A stretch of 64,000 nucleotides of DNA, from NCBI GenBank assembly GCA_965153285.1, contig OZ229115.1; one strand, written 5' to 3'. The position numbers and the translations under genes were made by a program. The notes under the pieces are model-generated. The model made no database searches and was not told where the DNA came from. It saw only the letters and a program-made list of their open reading frames with translations. This document shows positions 1-10,200 of the stretch, in pieces (positions within the stretch are counted from its first letter, which is position 1; each line of letters begins with the position of its first letter). The DNA is from Podarcis tiliguerta. Lineage: Eukaryota.

Positions 1-401
1 GGTTCGATTGCATTTTCGCATCATGTTCCTTATTGAAAAACGTCTATTTTCTGGGGCGAAGTGGATTTGTTGCACAAGGCCTTCTAGTCAAGGACTGTGA
101 GCAACATCATGGAAGGAGCATTTCCAGCTACCTCAGCCTTTAGAAGCCTTATAAGCTGCTGCAGGAGGAACTGCATGGGAGAAGCATTTCTAGGACCAAG
201 GTGAAACTCTCAAGCTCCCTGGTTATTTCTAATGCTGTTGATGTAACGTTGTTATATACAGCACAGAGAAGTTGGTTTTTTTGTATGCTATATTTGCTGT
301 TATGTTGTCATTTTACTAATCCTGCTCTTGCGATGGTTGATCTTGGGATGTTTTGCGGTTTTGTTATAAGCTGCTTCGACCATGATTTTTTTCTGGCGAA
401 G

Positions 402-787
402 TATCACAGAACTGTAGAGTTGGAAGGGACCCTGAGAATCAACTAGTTCAACCACCTGCAATGCAAGAATCTCAATTAAAGACTACATGGAAGACGACCA
501 TCCAACCTCTGCTTTAAAACCTGGAAGGAAGGAGAGTCCACCACTTCCCTAGGGAGTCTGTTCCACTGTCAAGCAGCTTTTACTGTCAGAAATTTATTCC
601 TGATGTTCAGTCGGAATGCCCTTTCTTGTAACTTGAATTCATTGGTTCAGCTTCTAGCCTCCGGAGCGGGAGAAAACAAGTTTGCTCCGTCTTCCATGTG
701 ACAGCCCTTTAGATATTTGAAGATGGCTATCATATCTTCTCTCAGTATCCTCTCTACCAGGCTAAAAACATACCCAACTCCCTCAGT
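402..787 (-). mobile_element. CR1 LINE 3' fragment
   Basis: Reverse complement of the CR1 3' end seen at 31200-31615 (…gagttggaagggaccc…ctgcaatgcaagaatctc…; RT C-terminal remnant). Confidence 0.85.
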
Positions 788-842
788 GAGTCAACTACCA
801 ATGTGTCACCTGCATTTGCCTGTACTTGATTGAATTCCACCC

Positions 843-1207
843 CAAAATAGTGAGAGTCTGGAAGTACCTCTAGTTACAGATTTCTGATTCACCTGCACAG
901 GAGAGCTCAAGCAGGGAGTGTTTACCAGCAGAATTTGCTCGTGTCACTTATGAACCAGTAAAATGTGTCATTCTCATCACAACCTTGAGTGATGAAATAA
1001 GACACATTTTAAGAAGTTTGCCCATCCACAGTATAAGCTAATTGTCAATGTTGTCACTGGCAGCAAAGACAGAGATGACACTACTGATACAGTGGTGATA
1101 AGCCAGTGTCTCTGGGGTCCCTGTTCAGACAAATTCACTTCCTTAACAGTATGGAAATCAAATACTCATTTTTGTTGTTTCGGTGCATGCCATATACTTT
1201 TGACTGA
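843..1207 (+). pseudogene. Tctex1-domain (DYNLT4/DYNLT5-like dynein light chain) pseudogene, intronless over the domain, frameshifted
   Basis: Segments joined across frameshifts read ECLPAEFARVTYEPVKCVILITTLSDEIRHI (916-1008) / KKFAHPQYKLIVNVVTGSKDRDDTTDTVVISQCLWGPCSDKFTSL (1011-1145) / QYGNQILIFVVSVHAIYF* (1147-1203). This matches the Tctex-1 pattern YxP..C...I...K....P[RQ]YK[LI]IV.V..G...S.CLW...D..S..N..F....V.A[VI]Y. There is a -1 shift near 1010 and a +1 shift near 1146; the uncorrected frame stops at TAA 1039-1041. Confidence 0.8.
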
Positions 1208-1927
1208 CTGCTGAAAAAATTATACCTTTCATATCTTTCCTGTATGACTAAAAAAAGAAGAAGCAGCTTTTTAGGCATGTTTGACTAACTTATTAATAGT
1301 CCCATTCAGTTAAAAACATAATGGAAATGACACATCTAATTCTATGAATTTAAAGCTAAACACAATCTTGTGTGTCAAAGAACTCAAGTCAGTATCGTTT
1401 CTTTGACAGCGAAATCTGAAACATGTTTACTCAGAAGTCAATCTAAATTCAGTGGGACTTACTCTCCAGCAGATGTATTTAGAATGGCAGTCTGAGTCAT
1501 TCGAGAATAACTACTGCTATCTCACATATTATGTAGTGCAAAAACACAACATTTGATAGACAAGTTTCTATTTCTTACAACAAAATCCTATAGTGTACCT
1601 AAATGCTTACCACTGCTTGTGCCAACACAAGCTAATGACTATCTACCCATAACTATTATTAAATCAACACAGAAGCAAAGCTAGAAGAATTATGTGACAT
1701 TCCCACAACAGAGTCCCAAACAGCTGCTTAATGCCTCCATGAAGCATAACATTATACTGTACCAAAAAAATACCTCCAGTGCTTAAGCAAGGGAAGAACT
1801 GACAAGGATGGCTCTGAGATTGCATCTCCTGTCTCCTAAAATTTTAGCAAGCAGCAAGCACAGGGGATAGGGGATTTCAGTGATAACGACAATGTTCTTT
1901 TCCCTGTTAAATGTAGATGCATACATG

Positions 1928-2232
1928 TCATAGAATAATAGAATTGTAGAGTTGGAAGGGATCTTGAGGGTCATCTAGTCCAACCCCTTGCAATGCAGGA
2001 ATCTCAACTAAAGCATCCATGGCAGGTGGCCACCCAACCTCTGCTTAAAAACCTCCAAGGAAGGAGAGTCCACAGCCTCCCAAGGGAGTCCATTCCAATG
2101 TCTAACAGCTCTTCCTGTCAGAAAGCTTTTCCAGATGTTTAGTCGGAATCTCCTTTCTTGTAACTTGAAGCCACTGGTTCGAGTCCTACCCTGTGGAGCA
2201 GGAGAAAACAACCTTGCGCCACCTTCCATATG
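1928..2232 (-). mobile_element. CR1 LINE 3' fragment
   Basis: The ORF at 2008-2334 contains the CR1 ORF2 C-terminus (RTRTSGFKLQERRFRLNIWKSFLTGRAVRHWNGLPWEAVDSPSLEVFKQRLGGHL), followed by a CR1-type tail. Confidence 0.9.
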
Positions 2233-4064
2233 TTTGATAATGATTTTTATTAGTCTTCCATTACAACAATCCAATCCAATAACAACCTCATTATAACAAT
2301 GCCAAATTATAATACAATTAATAATACCAATCATTGAGATGCCAAATTGTACAATTTAGTAGGGACACCTGAGTAGGGATTTAGTTAACAGGCTACAACC
2401 ATTAAGTGACTGTTTTGCACTAGCGCAAGTAGAGTGAGATACCATCCTGTCCTGTTCAAGCAGTCTTGCCAGAGGATAGAGTCAGGCTGTACGATTCAAG
2501 TTCTCCAAATGAACAGAGAAATAAAGAGGAGCAATTGATTATCTTGATTCTTATCATATTATTCCCCAAAGATTCAGGACTATTTGGAAAGAATCAAGGT
2601 GACATAGCTAAAGCGTTACATTTTTCTATATACAGCGGAACCTCTCCCTATTCTCCCACCTTCAGATACTACTAATTCAGTTTTGAGTTCACCCATCTCT
2701 CTTGTGACTCCACATCAGTGTAACCTTATGGAAATGATATCCTCTTTTATCTGCTGTCTGATTACTCAAATGTTTTCTGTGCTCCTGAGGCTATTTAGAT
2801 AAATTGAATTGCACAGTATATGAAGACATTTTTACATATTACGGAAGCATTTTAAATGCCACAAGAAATGATGGGAGTAGTGTGCTATATTTCTGAGCAC
2901 TGCGTAGATTGGTCATGATTTTTAACATGGAACAGCTTTCAGTAGCTTATTTGACTGTAAATTCTTTACAGGCTAAAACATAGCCACAAATACAAACATT
3001 ATGTACACATATGAACATAAATCTGCATGGTACTGAGGCAGACCATTGTTCCTCCTTTTAAGAGAAGATGCCAGAGACTGGTGCTGGGAACTTGTGTATG
3101 CAGAGCATGTAGCTACCACCAAGCTATGACCCCTCCCTACGCTGGAAGCAAAGCTTTGTAGATGTATTCATTTTTCAGTTCTGTGCTGAGAAAAGTAGAA
3201 CATCATGGGGTATTTCCCCCTCAAAGAGGCTTCTATGACTAACAACACAAACCCAATGCAATTTTCCATTATGTGTATTAATTAGATCAGGCTAAGGTTT
3301 CCGGTTTCCTCGGTCTGCAGATCAATATCCTCCCAGCTCTGAAATAGATCAAATTTAGGCCTTTTGTTATAAAGTGAAGTTGAAGCTCTCTTTTTTTGGT
3401 TCCTTATTGTACTGCAGATTCTGCCCTCTGACCTTGAATGGTGGGCAGTGGAGTCTGGCCACAGTTCAGCAAAACTTAAGTCATGACTAAATTCCATGCT
3501 ATTGCTCTCAGTGGGGCTTAAATATGACAAGTCTCTTGCTGGGCTGTGCCTAGGGCACCTGGGCACCTAGGGATGGGCACTCGGGATTCAGCTTCAGTGC
3601 ACTGGTTCATATCCAACCCATCACTGCTTCTAAGTGCGAGTCCTGAGGTGCTCTCCTGATTCAGATGGAACAAAGATAGAGCTGAGCATCACCTGCATAC
3701 TGATAACATCTCTCTCCAAATCTCCTGATGACAGCTCTCAGCAGCTTCAAACTGATGTTAAATGCCATGGGGGACAAGATGGAGCTCTGTGGGATGCCAC
3801 AGGACAATTCCCATGGTGCTGAGCAATGGCTTCCCCATAATTACTTTCTGGAAACAGTCAAGAATAACTGGCTGCAAGTGGAACCAGGCTTTTGTCACTA
3901 GCTGTGGTATCTGCTCATTCATAGGATTGTTTAGCCAACTCTTAGGACCCAGAAGGCATACATTTGGATGGATTGGCACAGCTAAACATTTTTTAAAAAT
4001 CCAGTCTGACCAAAGGCAGATTAAGATTATTCGTAGCAAAGATACCTTGTTTGTTTAAAGTCTG

Positions 4065-4268
4065 TTAAAATATAAAATAAGAATCTTCTTTAAGACCAAT
4101 GGCTTTCAAAGATCTCTCCATCTCTTCACTAAATGTCACAGAGCCGCATATCAATACGTAAGGTTGTCTTCTGCATGTGTTCACCATACCCTTAATCACG
4201 TCCTCGTTTATTCGACCAAGGTGCGTGTTTTTTTGAAAGCTCCAAGGCAGATTTTCGAGTGAATGCTC
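4065..4268 (-). CDS. CYB5RL: CYB5RL coding exon 6 (EHSLENLPW…SYFIF*)
   Basis: Acceptor cttcag; TAA stop at 4067-4065. Confidence 0.95.
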   Translation of the reverse strand, partial: EHSLENLPWSFQKNTHLGRINEDVIKGMVNTCRRQPYVLICGSVTFSEEMERSLKAIGLKEDSYFIF

Positions 4269-7200
4269 CTGAAGAGGCAAAAGTATAAGACACTTTAAAA
4301 TCATCTCAGAGAAACATAGGGCCAATACTAAATTAGCCTTGAGCTATATTAATCCCGTTTTTCTCTCCTGGATGGAAGGAGAAGAAGTGGGATGTAGAGA
4401 CCTCTGGCTTTTGTCTGGCCGGGATGTAGCCTTCTGTGCAAAGATAAGAGTCACATCCATTGTTCTGCCTGCCTTCGCTTCCGGATCCACTCAGCCCTGG
4501 CATATGGCCCCTGGAACACTGTACATGAGGGGATGCGGCTCTTGGGCTGCGCTGCAAAAGGCTCTACATGCAAACATGGGCTTTACTACCTAGCTATGGT
4601 CCTTTTCCCAGCTAGGAAGGCTAGACCTGACAAGGTTTTCAGTGCAGGACTGAACCACTTGCAATACATATAGCATGAAGGTTCATGCATCAACTGAGGG
4701 GAAGGTTGTCACACTGTCCCATGGGAAGGAAAAATTGCCTATTAGAATATTACCTGGCTTAATACATAAAATGCCCTTATGTTCCAGAATCGAGATTGCT
4801 CTTGAAGAAGAGGCTTCATGTAGATATTTTCAAAGTTCCTGAAGCAGCCCACTAGAGTTACAAATGTTTCATCATCCTCATTCTCTGTTATGTACTGAAG
4901 AATAGGAAGCATTGGTGCTAGACCAGTACCAGAAGCAAGCATGAGAAGTTCTCCATACTGAAAATGAAGCAGAAGATGCCAAATACATCCGAGTCACTGG
5001 AAATGGAAAAACACTACAACAGAAACTGAATTTCAGCGCCAAATCATCATTTCATCCTATAAAAAAAGTGTGAACACTGCGTAACTCGGGGATTATCTTT
5101 TCTCCTTTGGCAATCATATCCACTGTGATCAACTGAGAAAGCTTTACTTGGCAATAAGTCCCAATGAACTTTTTGAATAGATATGAGCTTGTTCCAGAAA
5201 GTGCATGTCATGCTAAATCATGGTCAGTATTGAAATTCAGATGAGAAGGAAGCTTCAAGAGGGGATGAAACAAACATGGTAGGAAGACAGTGCTCAGAAA
5301 GGACACAGACATCACCGTTTATCTTTTCTGTCTCTTTTGGTTTGCAATAGTAACAGGACAATTCTAAGTATGTTGACTTGGGATGGAATTCTATTTTGTT
5401 CAATGGGGAGTGCGTCCTATTTAGGATTACAGCCTTAATTATCAAATATAAAAGAAAATTATACTATACTAAATCTGACTCGACTGCTATTCTTGATCAT
5501 CTGCTATATTTTCTCCTCTTGTTCTTTTTAAAAGAAATTGCATCCTACACAGATCCATGTCAAAGCTCTGAAGCACTGTGGTGAAAATCTGAAGAACCCT
5601 ACCCTGATCCTTAAACCCTAATGGTTTCCCCCTCATTTCCTGAAACCAAAAATAGGAACACAACTATTTGGTATTTGACTACTTGTAATAATGGCCCTAC
5701 ATCTGATTGTATCTCATTGGTATTGTATTGTCCATTTTATTTTATATTACATTTTTAGATATTATGCTGTTAACTCCCCTGTGATTGCTATGTAGTGAAG
5801 GGGTTGAGAGGGGGGTTGTGTGTGTGTAAGTATATATATCTGGCTTTACTTGATTGGCTGAGTAAGGAAAACCTCCAAATGGTCCTCTCCAACAAACCGA
5901 ATCTCCTTCTTTCCAGGATTTTACATATTGTGACATGAGTCCATCTTCATAGCACTTGTAAAGAAAACACAAAACAAACAAACAAACAAAAACATTTTTG
6001 AGAGGAAAACCTCACGTTTATATTCTACAAATAAAATTTCATAAACTAGAACAGAAAAAATATTTTTAAAATCGCTTAAAATATATATTAAAGGTCTAGC
6101 ACAAAGAGATTTAAATTAATCTGGGCCATGAGTTACGAATCTAGCATTATTTGTTAATTCGCTCAAGTGTATGCAAAATAAAGATTGTCTATTGCTTGTA
6201 TTGTGATTGTGCTGACTAAGCTGGGTGGCAGATAAAACCACTCAGGTATTTTAAAACCTGCTCTGACTGCAAATAGCCTTTGCACCCGATACTAACAGAT
6301 ACACAAAATAGCACCTAACACACGCAATCATTTATTCATTGTGGAACTCTGTGCATTTATAGGAAAAAGGGAGCTTTCTGAGTAGTGAAATTCAAATGCA
6401 CAATGCCTCTTTGGTCATTTGTTCCAGGACTTGTATATTCTGCCTGTTTAATGCTTCCTTCATCTATGATTTTGGAGTAAAAGTAGTTCAAGCTAAGACA
6501 ATGTATCACACAAAAATCTGATCACAGCACCAGACCTTATACTTTCTCTATAATAATGAGTGTAAAAAGCATCTGCATCTAAGAAAGAACCAAGTTGGCT
6601 CAGTCAGTAGAGCATGAGACTCTTAATCTCAGGGTCAGGGGTTCAATCCCCACACTGGACAAAAGATTCTTGCGTTGAAGGGGGTTGGACTAGATGACCC
6701 TTGTTGTCCCTTCCAGCTCTACAATTAATTCTATGATTCTAAGAAGAGAGATAGCTATGCTTAAGGTGGCCAGCTTTACACAGACTTTGCTCCTATGCCT
6801 CTGGCATGACACACAGAAAAAAAATTCCCTGCTATTGCAGCAAAAGCAACACACTGTGTTGCAGCACCTTAAAGACTTAAGAATTTATTATGGCATAAGA
6901 TTTCATGGATTAAAGTCAACTTCACCCACTGCAGTGGGCTCTAGTCCATGAAAGCTTATGCCACAATATATGTGTTAGCCTTCAAGGCATAGCTGCCAAC
7001 GTTTCCCTTTTTTAAAGGGAAATTCCCTTATTCCGAATAGGATTCCTCGCAAGAAAAGGGAGAAGTTGACAGCTACGCTTCAAGCTGCTACAGGTGGTCT
7101 TTGCTGGTTTTACAACTGCCTTTTAGCAGATGGAGCTTTTCTTATCACGTATCTTCATCTCAGGAGATATTGCTGATAAATGTCTGCACGCCAGGCTGCT

Positions 7201-10200
7201 GTTAAAACTTTAGGAGCCATGGCAGGGTGGAGTTGCTGGTATACCTCTAGCCATAGTGAGAAGAAGGCAGAAGAGGATGTTAAATTCAAGGTGTGAAGAG
7301 AGAGAAGACTTCAGTTACCACGTTTCCCATTTGGCGAGAGATTGGTTGCAGGAGACAGAATGTATTTAGAATCAAATAGGTTCCTTCCTCGTTCTAATGG
7401 GGAAATGACCAAACTGGTTTGTAATGAATCCTTGTAAATAGAAGAGCAGGAGAAACTCCTGAAGAGAAAACCTCTATGCCAGGTTTTACACCAAAAAACA
7501 CCATAACATTATAGAATCACTCAAAGGGAGGGTTAAGCGCAGAAAATCGCCACTCACTTGCACTTAACTGTAGTATCACAAATGCAGCGCCATAATCATG
7601 GGACACAGGGGTGTCTGAACAGCACTTGGATTGCATAGTAATAATAATAATATAGTACTTCCAAAAATTGCCTGAATAGTGAGAAATACACTACAATCTA
7701 CAAAGCCAAGTTATACAAATGGGTGCTTTGCGATGGGTGTTCCATCTCTTTTGTTACTGCCAGAGAATAACTATGGTTCCTTTTGGGATGAAAGGTTCTA
7801 TATAAAGGGAAGGTGTTATTACAATCATTACTACTATTATTGAAATGCAAAACTTGTGTGTAATAAGCAAGTATATATAAAATTTCACAGTCAGCCTATA
7901 AAGGTAACCTATTAATGCAGCTCAAATGTAGCATTTCCCCCTCCAATTGCCACAATAATGGTGAAATGATCCACCCACAAGTGTCTTATAAAAGCTATAC
8001 ACACCTCAAAAGGAGTATAATTCATGCTCAAACTATCACGCAATCAATGATAAAACCCTGAAAAGCACACATTCCTGGAGGGTGAGCAGAGGGCAAAATG
8101 ATGGGTCCCTGTGACCTGCCTGGAAGATCTAGTGCTTGAGGTTTGAGATTTACAGTGAAATCTATCTTCCCCTGAGAAGGTGTAAAGACAGATTAAAAAG
8201 ATAGACATGATTTTGATATTCCTAGGCTCGTAATTATTTATGTTTGCACTGATCCTTGTTAGGCTCTGCCAACATTCCTTCTGAACATAAGGACTCAAAG
8301 GCTGCAATCAATAAATCTCTTAATCCCATAGAGAAATCATTGAATTTACTCAGGAGAATTGCCTTATGCAGTGATTGACACTGATCCTAAAAAACATTAC
8401 AGCTGTATCACAGTATGGAATGGCAGGTACTGTAGTTACTACAGTTTCCTGCTGTGGTCATTCTGGCTACACTGCCTGTAACATACCATAGCAATGTAAC
8501 AGATGACTACTAATATAGGCACAAAGATGGATCCTGTATAGATGGCTCCATATTGTCCAAAATGACAGATGAGCCATCCTCAAACCTTTTACTCCCCCAC
8601 CTCATCATCACAAAACCCTTCACAAGGACAAAATGCTGCAGCCCAACATGCACCAAGTAGATGCCCTTCTCTAAGAACAACTTGGCTTAACCATAAAGTA
8701 AAGCCTGTTGAGCTATCAACTTGATTGACTTGGGTGCAGTCTATACATACGGCAGAATGACGGGGTAAAATGGACAGAAACTATTCAGATGGGAGGTAGG
8801 GTGGGAACGCATTTTAAGATTCTTCCTTGCGTTGAAAGCTCACTGCATGTAGAAAACTATGGATTAGGGAAAGTTGTACTTTGGAAATGGAGTTGCTCCA
8901 AGATGTTAACAAGGTGTAAACAGCCATAAAAATAACAACAACAGTAAAATAACATGTTATTAAAACAAATACCAAAACCAACTAGGTCTAAACACAGCGT
9001 CATGAAACAGGGAGGCACGGAGAGCTAGAGCTAACAATAAATAAACTAAATTAAGCAACAGCAGAACCAAAGCCTCGTGGTATGGTTGTTTCTCTAAAAA
9101 AAGGCATAAAATGCCAGCAGAACACAAACAGAGAGGAAGATAACCTAATCTCTTGCAGCAGGGAGTTCCATATGTGGCAGGCTGCCACAGGAAAAGCCCT
9201 CTTGAATGTGCCTCAAAAGGCAGTGCTACATGTAGTACATGTCATTTTTTTACTTGCAGGAAGTTTCTGAAATGGTACTACCCAGAATCCCATCACCCCA
9301 GTCTACCACCTCATCTCACTGCATGAGTAGCCCCGTCTTTACTTCAGAGCGAGGTGGGGGGGGGGGCAGAATTCCACATATTGATTAGGACTAACAAGCC
9401 AAATCTTTGACTGCAGGCCTCTAGTTATTAAAGTACAAAGCTAAGCACTCAGCTGGCCTAGAAGATGACATGATTCCTACGTCAAGCTGTTAATCTATAG
9501 AACAAAGGCCGCTATTTACCTTTATTAAAACTTCAAAGTACCCTTCAGCATTCACAGGAGTAATTGGAGTATAGGCTCTCTGAACCTCCAAACCATTCAC
9601 TAGTCCTCTGAGGAAGGAAAAAAGAGAGAGAGAGAAAGAAAGAAAGATAGAGGAAGGGAACCCTGATCTGAATCCCTTACAATTCCTGTCAGCAAAGTAC
9701 TGCTCTCTCAGCAAAGGCTGCTGCCTGAAAAGCACTGCAGGTATCCTTCCTCCTTCCCCATGGGCTGTCCTTTGCCAAGCCAGACAATAGATCATTCCCT
9801 CCCATTTTGCAGTGAAATCACAGAGATTCAAGGCATTGAAATAACCTCAGATTTCTCTGTCACACACCTCCCTTAACAATCTTTCCCTTTCCTGGGGCCA
9901 GATGAGCTACATGGCCAGCCTAGCTATTTTGTGCAATATAGCTATGTTGCTCACAAAGTAAGGGAATTATAGAACTATACTACATTATCCTTAATGAAGT
10001 TTTGTGAGGCATCTAGCTGTTACAGTGATGGGGAGGATATATAGTGAACTCTAACAGTTGCCAACAGCAGCTTTATTAATCTGTTTTCAGTGGGAATCAG
10101 GCATTTTGGATAGATGCTCAGTGTGATATTATGGTCCTCCAAAAAAGGGGAGGGGGGGAAGTCCAGGAGATTCTTTGGAATCTTGTTTTTATGTTGTAGG

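Noticed and set aside
6589-6661. tRNA-Lys gene
   Set aside because: The acceptor stem is degenerate, there is no T-run terminator, and it runs straight into a CR1 tail, so it is a SINE head.
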